Assembly (NCBI GenBank): GCA_036172245.1
Contig: JAYWIR010000003.1
Span: 4,092,001-4,156,000 of the forward strand
Direction of reading: 5' to 3'
Length of the DNA: 64,000 bases
DNA from: Raillietiella orientalis
Taxonomy: Eukaryota
In this document: positions 23,059 to 34,848 of the stretch, piece after piece
How the letters are laid out: every line of letters begins with the position of its first letter
Position numbering within the stretch: the first letter of the stretch is position 1
Made by a program: the position numbers and the translations under genes
Notes under the pieces: model-generated
The model's database searches: none
Seen by the model: only the letters and a program-made list of their open reading frames with translations
What the model was told of the DNA's origin: nothing

Positions 23059-25635
23059 AACTCCTCCCAGCCGGAAATACACATCGCCGTCTTCGTGTTT
23101 CCTTCCGTGCCTTTTCTTCCGTTTCCCCTCCTTCCAGAGAGCACCGTGCTCCTCCGGGCCCTGCTGTTCCCATGTGGACTCGCAGACCTCGCTCACCTCT
23201 TCTGGCGTTCCTTCTGAACTTGTAGGGCTCTGCAAACCTACACATCATGCCTCGCCTTGCTGCGCCTTGCGCCTTTGCACCGTTCCAAAAACAAAGCAGA
23301 AGATAGCTCGTGGGCGAAAAGCGAGGAAGGGGAAACGGAAAAGCATGGCGCCATCTGCGAATCAACAGCGAAAGCTCTCTCCGCCTGTTCGTTCCGAGAG
23401 TGCCACCCGAGCGGCTTCAGCTCTACGAAACAGAGTGCGCCCCCCGCGAGGTTTCCGTGGGTAGCTCGCTTGCATGGGACTTACACATGCCTGCAACGCC
23501 CACGAATGTAAGCGCACTGAAACGAAACGTACTAAAATTTCATCGCAATTCCGTCTCTGCGTACCAATGGATTTGATAACAGGATAGCGGATCCAATCCT
23601 GAACGACGCCGAAAAGAAAAAACAGAAACAAAGCTTGAAGAGAAGCTTCCGTGCACTGCAGAGAGTGCATGATCGCCTTGCCCTTCAATAAGAAAAAACT
23701 CGCAAAACAGGAAGAATAAAAGGGAAAAAAAAACGTCGGCGACGATGCAGGAGTTTTCTTTCGTGTGCAGAAGGCCAAACCTACGTTTTCTGAATGCCCC
23801 CTGCCTCATTTTCGTACTTAAAATAGAGATCGTTCACACCCACCGGACTCAAGGTTCACGGCCCGCTGCTTCTGAAGCTTCGTAGTCCTTTCCCTGTGTC
23901 CTTTCCAAAATGCATGAAGTTACGTGAGGACTTCCTTCGCGTGAACATGTGCTCTCCTTCCTTCCTTCCGTCTCGCTCCAGCTTCTGTGCGAAGAAGGTC
24001 TTCGTTAGTCGCGCCTTGTCATTCTCTCACGTGCCTCCATTGCATGCAGCGACCGCACGCAACAGCGACTAATGGACAGAAACCAATACACCCATGAAAA
24101 TGCCATATACATAGGGACATTGTCTGTTTTTTGGGGCAAGGTTCCCTGACGTGAAAGAGAGCCCTTCGGGACCTTCACCACGTGCTGGAGTCTCGAGAAG
24201 AGGCACCAAGGAAGAAAAGTGACTAGAGAGCACCAGCAAGCACAGGACACTTGCACACTGCGAATGCCTCTTCGAACGCTACAAAACCAAACTGCCGTTA
24301 GTCCAGGCCGTCCTTCACTATTCAGAAGATTCCAAGAGCTCAGCTCGTACCCACATCCTGATCTCACCTTCAGCTGCATCACCACGACTCCGGTGCACAT
24401 CTTGTTTGAGCAAAAATACCGGAAGCATCGCAATGGGTTCCCATTGTTTTCCAGTCAGTATGACCACAAAAAAAAATGCCTTTAAGCTCGAGGGATTACT
24501 TAGAGGCGAGATGAGGGCCTCCAGCTCCGGTGCTTTCAGGAACTGCTCCAATGCTTCTTCAAACAAACCCTCCTATGCAGCGAACAAGCTGGACCACGAA
24601 GAGTGTACCAAAGGAAACCAATTTTGCGACAGGGAGAGCAGCGGAATAAGACACGGGGATGGTTAAGAAACGCGCAAGACTGAAATATTTAAGACGAGCG
24701 GGCTCTTTCAAGCGGTGGATCTCTCGGGTTTCACCTCTTCCGGTGTGCCGAAATAAAGCAGATCCAAACGCAGAGACTCTCGCAAGCAGTTGCTGCCGCC
24801 GCCTGCTTTGCGCGTTGCTCGGCTGAAGAGCTCCAGTCGTTGCTACACGCGAGTCCCGGAGGAGCGTCGAGGTGGATGGAAAGTTCGCAGCCTGCGTTCA
24901 GCTAGTAGCCGAAAAAGAAAAGAAAAAAAAAACAAAGACGAGGACTTTCTGGACCATGCTTCGAAGGCAGAAGAAAAGGCTTCCTTTTTGTCGCCGAGGA
25001 TGACCGGGCAGCACGGAAGGGGGCTGAGGACAAGGTTGCCACGCCGTTCCGTGGGGAAACGTCAGCAAATGAAGAGAAACCTGAAGCTGCTCGCGGAACC
25101 ACCGTGGCGCGAGGATGGCGCTCTCCTTCCCCATGAAACTCTTTTCAGCCTCATTTTACGGTCGCTCTCGACAACCGGTTTGCAGCTGCGATCGATACTC
25201 GTAAGGAAAACCTTTCGGGGATGCTGACACGGTGACGTCTGGCGTTTCTTGCGCCTCATAATTTTTCAAGAGCCCATCAAAATCCGAAGCGCAAATGCAG
25301 CACATGATTCGTGCACGTAAATCACACGTTTCCCATAAAATATAAATAACGTGGCATCCGCGAACGGGAAGACAATGGCGTTTCCATCCAATGTACTTCC
25401 CCTTGAGAATCGCTTTCCGCGCTTGCTTTCCGCGGTCACACGACACGTGATGTGCATATGTGATAGAGGTTCACTGGCGTGTTCTGCAAGAGTCGAAGAC
25501 CATGATTGCATTCGCGAGCATTCTTCCCCCCCCACAAAAAAAAGAGGTATGTGGGATTAGTATGTAAATGCGGGATTTCGAGTCGTGATCGGTCTTCCGA
25601 AGCGTCTCTCTGATTCCCAAGTTCAAGCTTCTTAA

Positions 25636-27393
25636 ATGGGGCGCCCACCGAGCACCGGAAAGCTGCGCTGTAGTTCCCGCACCGTAAGTTAGATGGCAGT
25701 AAATCACCATTTGGTTTCCCCCCTCTTGAAAGTTCAAAACATGCTCGAATTCCGGCGGAGCGTGCGACTGCAGCGTCCACGTCTTCGAAGAAAAGGAAAC
25801 CTTGAGCATACGTAGAGATTTGTTGCGATGGTACGATGTTAACAAGAGAAACCTCCCCTGGAGGATGGTAACCGAGGACAGCGACGACGTGCATCGGAGG
25901 ATATACGCTGGTTTGGAAGAGTCTCCGCAGTTTCCGATCCCATTCGACTTTTTTTTGGCTAGTGTGGGTATCAGAGGTGATGCTTCAGCAGACCCGTGTG
26001 GCAACGGTCATTGATTACTACAATAAGTGGATGCTCAAGTGGCCCACGATACAAGACTTGGCCAACGCCAGCCTCGATGAAGTCCTGCAGTTGTGGTCTG
26101 GCCTCGGATATTACGGTCGCGCCAAGCGCCTTTTGGAGGGCGCACAGAAAGTTTGTTGACCCACAGCTAGTAGGTAAAGAAGCAGCCGTCTTAGGTCGTA
26201 CGTGAGATGGATGGGCAGTTTCCCTTGTCTTCAAGTGGCTTGGCCGCTTCGATTCCTGGAATAGGGCTGTACACCGCTGGCGCCATATCGTCCATCGTAT
26301 TCGGCGAAGCGAAGGGTGCCCTCGACGGCAATGTCATTCGTGTGCTGACACGCTTAAAGTTCATCACTTCGGATTCCACAGCAGCGGTACGTGGAGGCCA
26401 GCTGAGGAGGAAGAACTGCGATCCCTTTCTGCGCGGGGGGTGTAGAAAACGAGGCAGCGTCTATGGAAACTCTGCGACGAGCTCGTGGATCCTCTGCGTC
26501 CCGGGGATTTCAATCAGGCGCTGATGGAGCTGGGATCTGAAATCTGCACGCCTAAGAATCCGCACTGCGAAAAGTGCCCCGTCCGGTCTCAGTGCTGCAG
26601 CTACCGCATATGCGTTTCGAAGGAAAGTAAGTGAGACGACAGCAGCTTGCATCGTTTTGACCGCCATTCTGCTCCCCCCCCTCCCTCCATCCCTAAAGGC
26701 AGTGGGTGCCGCGACGCCAGTAGCCGCAGGTAAATCGGAGAGGGGAGGGGGAGGAAGGTGAGGGTTCTCCCGGGCGCTCCTGCAGCTGGGAAGTGGGCGG
26801 CCTCCCCGTGCGCCCTGGCAAATCGAAAGTGAGGCAGCAGAACTTGGCGGTCGTCGTCGTGCGCAGGAAGGGGGACGTCTTCCTGCTGGGTCAGAGACCG
26901 AAAACAGGTTCGGCAAGGGCGCGAACCCGTTCGCTCGCTCCACGGACGCGCAAGAAGGTCTGCTGGCCAACCTGTGGGAGTTCCTGTCGTTCCCCGTCGA
27001 CGACGAGGAGCAGCTCCTCGATAGTCTCCTGAAATGCGGAATCCCGGAGGGCGCCATCAGGGATCGCGCAAGTCTTGGAGAGGTGAACCACATCTTCTCG
27101 CATCTTCGTCAGACCCTGGCAGTCAGCGAGGTCGTCGTCGACGATGGATGCAGCGTGCTGCCTCCGGCTCACTACCAGAGTGCTCAGTGGATGAGCGCCC
27201 AGCAGTTGCGCGGCGCTGCCATAGCGACCGTGATGAGAAAAGTGAGCCGTCAGGGGAGGGAGGAAAAAATTCGCGAGCCATTCGGGTTTCCTGCAAGGTT
27301 TTCAAGCTGCTGACCTTGTCCGAGGACAAAGGGAAGAAAAGAAACCCGAAACCGTTGACGTTAAAAGACTTCTTTGGTGTCGCCAAGTCCTGA
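25636..27393 (+). CDS. MUTYH: A/G-specific adenine DNA glycosylase (9 exons)
   Basis: Spliced motifs: [51 protein letters not shown]; Hh[42 protein letters not shown]; Fe-S loop [22 protein letters not shown]-like [14 protein letters not shown] and HIFSHL; C-terminal PIP-like TLKDFF. Confidence 0.96.
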
Positions 27394-30300
27394 GAAGGCC
27401 CGGAACCAGAACTTCCCGCGCTGCAGCGTCGCCAGTGGCCCACTGCCTTTGATTTTTTTTTTTTTTTTTCGGACGAAAATAAAGGATCTCGCGTCCGGAG
27501 TTCCTGGACCGGCCCGCCTGCAGGCGCGGCCGGTCACGTGGGATATCTCGCGGAGCGGCGGGAAAGCGAACTCGTCAGCCGATTCCCGAGCGCGCTACCC
27601 GGCCGGCGCCGGATCAGCGCGGCAGCTGGCTTCAGGGGAGAGGCGGGCAAACCTGGAAGGCACCTCGCTTGAATGTCAACCAAAGGGCGTTCCCGTGGCG
27701 ATCTCTGCGGAGCTCCAGAGCAAAATCTGTATTCAGGTTTTGGTGGCGCGTGGTTGCGTTGCTGGCTCGCGGACGATCCGCCGCTGCCAGTGGACATGGA
27801 GACCGCGGGGTCGGGCCACGAAAGCTGGACTTTTTTTTCCCTTTCAGTGAGGGAGTGCCGCGCCAATCATTCCGACTCCTCAGGCTCTCTCGGCCCTTGC
27901 TTCCCGGGAGCGGATGGGACGCAAGTCGGGCACGGCCCTGTCCGGACTACGGGGGCTCCCAGCATGGGCAAGAGTCCCGCCTCGATCTGGAAATTCGATC
28001 GCCTCCCTGCTGCTTCCCTGGTGGCTGCGCTGCCGAAGACCTTCCGATTCCCGGAAGACGCACTGAGGGGGCCCACAGGTTCCTTGCCAGCACCGTCCAC
28101 CGTAGTCGTCGAAAGACACCGACAATAGCGACAGCCTGTGCTCCTGAGTTCGTCGTCTGCGGGTGTGCGGACATGCCCGCTCTTCTGGCATACCGTTTCC
28201 AAGGAAACCCACCTGTGGGCTCGGAGTGCCAGATGCCCGCCTGTCTCCTGTTGCGTGCCGCCTCGTAGGGGACCTGCGGATGACTAGACCGTGGAGAGGC
28301 GGTTCGCGTGTGTCGTCAAGGCGACGGGTGGGATCCTAGCGTCCCGTTCCTCGACGGAGCTGCACCGGAGGTCATCTCACCCCCTCTGTCGTTCTTGGAG
28401 TCACCGGAGGCGGACTGTTCGTCTGATGTTCGCGGACGGTGATGGTGCTTTCCACAGGCCATTCGATTAAGGTCGTCGACCACCTCCACTTGGTGTTTTT
28501 TTTTTTGCTTTCTTTCCTTCCTTGGCAGTGGAGTGGCGAGGTGCGGTCGCGCGCGCCGCCCACCGGGACCGGCAGGAAGCTCCTCGTTTGGGGAGAAGGA
28601 AGTCAGTCGCACTGCCATGCGCAGGGCCGCGGGCGTTTCAACCGCACCCCCGCGAGAGATCAGGAAGCTCGCAATGGCCAGTTTGCTAGCTCTCCAGATG
28701 CCATCCCGTTCGGCAGCGTGGTGTTTCCCCCTCCGACGCGCAGCCGGACCTCAGCCTCCTTCCTGCGCACGGTTTGGAGCACCGGGAGCGCTCGCTCAGC
28801 CCCGCTTTCTCTTTCCCCCGGATCGTGGCGTTAACGTATCCCGGCAAAACCGGGCGACGGAGCGGATCGCATGCTGCGTGATCGGGAGCTCCTCCAGGAG
28901 GAGGATGCGCGAGAAAATGCCCGCGCCCCCCATCCCGCTCGCGTGCGCGAGAGGTGATGTCTGCGCGTGCGCCGCTCGAAGGCCATCAGGGAGGTTGTGG
29001 TCCGAAAGCTGCCGGAAGGGGAGGGGGGGGGGGAGAAGCAACAACGGAATCCAGAAAGCCATCTGTAACGGGACTGGAAGGTCCTGTTGGCTGGATTCCA
29101 CGATCGCTCCATTGGGAGACCCAGGTGCGGAGTGCTTGCTCTTATCTTCGCTGTCCCCGACCGCAGTATCCCTTCCCCTCCCTCCCTCACTGTCAGAGTG
29201 CCACCGTCCCGGATCCATCCGTCCCCGACGCGTTTTATCTGGAACTCCTGCCGCCGCCGTCCGGAGAGGAGGAGGAGGTGAGGAACGGTTGCCCAGGGTT
29301 CTTGGAGACGTCCCGGGCTGGCAGAACGGGGCGGCGGTTCGTCCACGCCCGCCGGCTGAGATGCCGGCCCTGCGCGCGCATCGGGATGCGCAAAACTCCC
29401 TCGTTATGAGGCGGCTGCGTGGTTTCGTTTCGCGCGCTGCCTCATGTCCCTGCGTCCTCCCAATGCCCACGCGTCGCGCGCCCGCTCCCAACGGGAGACA
29501 CGTAGTTGGGGAGGGGGGACTTTCGTTCATCCTCCTTCCCGTCCGGAATCAAAAGGGAAGGGAAGAAGAAAAAGGAGAAGGGATGAAGACGCTGCGACCC
29601 AGCCGACTTTCCGACCGCATCCGCCGCGATCTCTTCTTGCCCGGCAGCGAGGCGCGCACGCGAGGTCGCGCGGCTGCCTGGCCGCGCCTGCGCGCCCGTC
29701 GTGGGCCCGCCCGCGACGAGCGCTTGCTCGTTTGCCCTCCCGAGGTGGTCGCTTCTGCTCGGCAGCCGTTGTCGGATCAGGCAACGTGCGAAGAGTAATC
29801 GTCGGCGGGAGGTTGCCTGGAGCAGCGGCGACGGTGGTTTCGCGAGGCTCTCACCGGCATAGCTCTTCCCCCCGCTAACCGCCTCCAGGCTTCATGCGTC
29901 TCTCGTCTTCGGTAAACTCGAGAGCCTGGTAAAAGAGAAGCAAGTCCGATGGTGGGGGCCAAAACGAGTGCATTCTTCGACGGCGAGCCAAGGTTACGAA
30001 ACGCCGACTGAAAACTGAAGTTTGCCTTTCCTGAAGTCGCCGATTTATTGCAACTGAAGTCATTTCTCTTTCGATGGATCGGTGTCGTTGCCACAGCGAA
30101 TGCCACATCTCCGTAACAGCATACTTCTTGGCACGGTCGGTGTTCGTTGTACGCCGTTTTGCCGGAAACTCTTGCCGGGTAACCTCCCTGCGCTCTGGAA
30201 GATCGTTTCTCTCTTTTTCTCCTTTTCGCTCAGAAAACGATGGGGCGCTTTGAAAATCTGAATGTCTTTCGATGACCTTTGAAAGTTTCAAGTTTCCACG

Positions 30301-31748
30301 TCCGTTTTCCTCGAGCATTTCCTCCGTCGTCCTGACAGCAAGCAGCACGACGAAGCAGATCGGACCTTCTGCAGTCTTCTTAGATGTCAGTCTTCTCGAT
30401 GACGTCATGCCATCAGGGTGTCCGCTAAACGCTAGCAAGACCCTGCGGAACGCAGACGCCTAGGTATTCGTACAGAATGGAAGAAAAACGGAAGAAGAAA
30501 AAAAAAAAAAAAAAAAAAAAAACGATTGCTATTAGCTCGTGGTGCATTCTTTCTGTTCTGAGATCCGTCCTTTCCATCCAAACTGCTTTTGAAATTGTTT
30601 GGCATTTGGGTTTTTAATTTCCGTTTCCCGAAGGCCAAATTTCTTTCGAGGCAGAGCGCCTAACGGTAAGGGCTTCCTTGTGCCATGAGCTATTCGTCCG
30701 GGGAATGCTGAAGAAGTTTCTCGGGCGCATTCACTCTTCTCGAGCGCACCTCCTCTGGAGTTTTCGCATGCCTTTCGTCCTGTATTCAATGAAGCGACGG
30801 AACTCTTGCACCACTCTTGATTCTCGTTCCTCAGTCCTTCGCCACCTCGCAGTGCTAGCAGCAGCCTTCTGGGAGTCGGACAGGACATCCTCCGCAAAAG
30901 GGAAAAAGGAAAAGCAGCAGTCTACCACGATCCCTTAGAAGCACACAATGGGTGGCACGTGCCAGACGCAACGCTCGAGTCGCAGCCACCGAATTTCATT
31001 GCGTTTTTTCTCTTCTGGGGAGGAAAAAAATTAAATCAAAAGACCGCACGCACGAAACGAAGATTGCCAAGAACGACGACGTCTGCTTTCCTGCTTGCAC
31101 CACCGGCGGAGGAGCTACAGGGACCACTTGCATCGACGGGAGAGGCCAACTCTGGAGGACTTGTAAACGGGCAGCAACGAGCATGATTGGAAGCGCGCCG
31201 AGTCCTTTGCTGCGGTCCCAAGCGGGAAAGCGAAAGAGAAAGAAAAAGCGAAACAAAGGAAATCAATGAGGACGCTCGAAACGCTTTAATAGGCAGCGGC
31301 AGGTAGGCAATGCGTTTCCATGGCAGCAGCGGAGGGTCTCCTTTCCCGGCAGAGGGGCTGCATTGTGGGCCGGCCGCGCCTGAGCCCCCACGACGAGCGC
31401 TTGCGCGTTTCCTTTCAGCACCCTCCGCAGAGGGGGGGGAGGAAAAGTCTTCTCGTCCTGCCGACCGTGTGTTTGGTAAACGGCGGCGCGAAACACAGGG
31501 GGGACCTCCAGTCTACCAAATGCAGTGGTTGAAGCAGGACGGTCTCGACACGTCTGCTGGTGGTTAAGCCGATTGGGGAACGTCTGTGAGAGGACGACCT
31601 CAAGAATGGATAAGCGCACTTCTGGGCGCCTTCCCACGGGTTTGAACCGCGAACGCTTCCCTCCCCGCAAGTGCCAAACGCGTGCGGACCATGAAGGGAA
31701 GTCCAGTAAGCTAAGAGCAATCGGTCACACGGAGATGCTTCATTTGAG

Positions 31749-31777
31749 GTGATCTCAGTCCCGGGCACTGAGATCAC
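31749..31777. repeat. Perfect 11-bp inverted repeat with 7-nt loop
   Basis: GTGATCTCAGT-CCCGGGC-ACTGAGATCAC. Confidence 0.8.
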
Positions 31778-34700
31778 TGTTGCGTGTCGGCAGGAGCTTG
31801 ACGCGCGACCTGCTGCTTGACCACACGGTCAAGCAACCGGCGGCGCGCGTGCAGGGTAACCCGATGCCCGCTTTCCTGCCTCCTGAGCGGTGTGGGTGGG
31901 AAACGCCACGGATGCGATCGGGTGAGGAGGCTGCGAACCCCCCGAAAATCCAGCAGCGGCCAGCGGTTCTCTTTTCCTTTCTTTCTCAGACTTCGCTGAC
32001 CTCGTTCATCAGGAGAGAATGCGAGCAGCCTCCGCGTCCACGTTCGGATCGCAGGAGTCCTCCTTTCCGAGAAATCTTCCGCGTGGTTTTTTCCACAAGT
32101 GCCGCTTATCGCCGCCCAACTTCAAATCAACTCGATCATCCAGATACGTAATCGCCATCACCAATCTGCTGGCACTGCTTTCGCCAGCTCTTATCACAAG
32201 AGGAAATACAAGCAGAAGATGTTGGTGCACACACACCATCACGAAATCCTCCAACGGGGGTCATCACCTCCTCGCAAAAAAACAAAAAAAACAAAAAAAA
32301 AACACGTGCATTTTTTTTTTTTTCTTCCCTTCCCCCCTCCCCCCCTTCCTCGTCCCTTTATTTCCAAAGTTTCCTTGGTTTGAAAACACCACCGCGCAAG
32401 CTCCCCTGTTGGTCAACACAAAAGTGTGTCATCATTCACGCAATGCGACCCAGGTAACTAAGGAAGCGTCCCAATGAATCATTTAGCCGGGAGCGACGGT
32501 GCAACGCTCTTCACTTCAGTAAACATTTAAACCAGCGCCATAACTGTCAAGTGTGGAATTTCCACTGAAAGTCCTGCCGGCCACGCCGCCTCCCTGGCGA
32601 ATGGCTGCTGGTTATTCATGCGGGCCTTAAATAACGCCGGGATCTTTTCATCGGGGCTGCCCACTCCCACCGACGAGCACGGTGACGCGGAATTGTGGGA
32701 GCAACGGGAAACGCAGCCCGGGTAAATGGAAAAAGACACGCGAAAGTGGGATCTGCTGGTGGTGGTCGCGGTGGTGGTGGTGCGTTGCCTGGACGCAACT
32801 ACTTACTCGCCGTGATTCGAACTTTTGAATCACCTGACGGGGCAGAGCAAGCAACTGACCAGAGTCGGCAGTGGGGAGAGGGCACGGGCAACGGGGGAGT
32901 CTCTGAAGGCAGCAGCAGAAAAGAGCGGGGATCACCGGAAGAAAAAAAAAAAAAGGAAAAAGTGCTTCGACCAAAGTTCGGGGTGAACGAATGGGAGACG
33001 GAAGGAACCCACGCTCGTGATAGAACGCGAGAAGAAATCAGCCAGCACACGGCCTCGAGGCTACAACTTTAGCCGCCCACACTCCCAGTCTGGCCAACGG
33101 CATTTTCCTATTCCTCTTCTCTTCATAAAAACACAAAGAAAGAAAAACAGATCAGTGTTGAAAGCATCCAAAAGCCACATGAGCCACATCCATACGGACA
33201 GTTGGTGAACTCGCGCCCACTTGCTTTTCCACGTGAAGAGCTGCTCCTCCTCGGCCCCACACTCTTTGCAGGCTGTGCTTCTGAGGGGATGCTGCAAAAG
33301 AACGCTTGGAACGCTCATCCCGCCCCTCGTTAACGGGGATGCCGATTTCCGGGAAAGTCCCACACGTGCTGGTCTTCCTCGTCCGCACTGTGACCTGCGA
33401 CTGGACGCCCGTCGGGCTCTAAATATGGACCTAATAGCGTAATCTAAACATGGGCCTGGCGCTCCGTTGCGAAAGAGGGCGCGTCAGTAATCGATCCGAT
33501 TGTTAATGACGACTGGCGCCTCCGCTCGACGGAAACTCCCCCACTGCGTTGCAGGAGCGGTAGCGGATTTACTTGGGCTGCTCAGGGAGAGAAAGGGAAG
33601 CGCTTCATGCGGTTAATTGAGAGACGGGGGGGGGGGGATGCGATCCTTGAGGGAGCACCAAAGTTCGTTCGCAAGCACTCGTTAGGAATAACCCTGGATG
33701 CGTGTCTACCTGGACGTCCACGAGTTTTGCGAATGCAGTGTTTGGTGTCCAATTGGAATGCTTGCGATGATTGTACACGCGGCATGCACGTCTGCGTGCG
33801 TGTGCATAGGAACGGTCGGGGTGCACATTGGCAAAAGTGGATGTCGCTAGGTGACGGCGAATGGCAGCTGGAAAGGAGTGGCTGTTTGGGGAGTCCTTAG
33901 CTCCACCTCGGGCGCCAGGCTGGCGAATGTGCCGCTGCCGTGGGGGGTCGGAGGATGCGAGTCGATCTGCGGCTGAAAGGAATTCGACGTTGGAGAGCTC
34001 AGGAGCGGGCGTGATGGTGGCGGCTGCAGCAGGGAGGTCCATCCGCTTCTGGCGCGCATCGGACCGAGAGCGTGCGCAACATCCGATTCTGCAGCAGCGC
34101 CCTCTCGTCGGTGGGGAAACGGAAGTATCGAGAAGAGCCGCTTCCTGTGATCCGCACGGCTTCCTCGCGTGCTTGCGGGTCGTCGCCGCTGCTGTTCCCG
34201 CTGGTCACGTCCGCTTCTCCAGCGGGGCTGCACCATCGCTGGGCCTCCATCCACGCGTGGCTCGGAGGGGGGAAGAGCGGCCATCCGGTAAGGAGGAAGC
34301 CCCGAGCGTTTTGCCGTTCACGATGGTCGTGTTGGAAACGCGGCCGAACCGCACGCTCGGCACCCGGAGTCGGCCCTCCTCGGCGCGCGCCAGTACTTCA
34401 CGGTTGCCGCTTCCCAAGAAACGCGGCTGCCGGTCGCGGGGGAAGGGGAAGAGGGGGGGGGGAGGAAGGGACTGTGAGTAGTAGGAGACGCACGGTTCGA
34501 AGACGTGGAAAATCCCGCGCGTACCTCTCGCCCAGCCCCTGTCCGCGAAATGCGAGACGAAAAACGATAAAAGCACATTTTTGGGTAGCAGCGGCTCATC
34601 GATCGGGAAGTGTCGGGATAGCCGGGAACCAGCCGATCGATGGACGCGAAATTTTTATTGCACCTTCTCAGCACGGGCGGGCGGGGGAGGGCGGATGCGA

Positions 34701-34848
34701 CGGAGACGGCGGCAGCGACGGATCTTCGTGGAACCCGGTGGCGCCGTCCTCGCCCGGTCACTGCGGAAGGAGGGAAGGCACGGATTCTCGAGAGAGGGGG
34801 CGGAAGGAGGACACGGGGGGAGAGGAGGGGGAAATCTATCTGACTCAC

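Noticed and set aside
28533..29798. 421-aa ORF and overlapping minus-strand ORFs
   Set aside because: Low-complexity GC-driven translation with no recognisable motif or consistent exon chain.
30498..30522. Long poly(A) run (also 56731-56751 and poly(T) 60196-60214)
   Set aside because: Simple homopolymers with no associated retrocopy or TSD detected.
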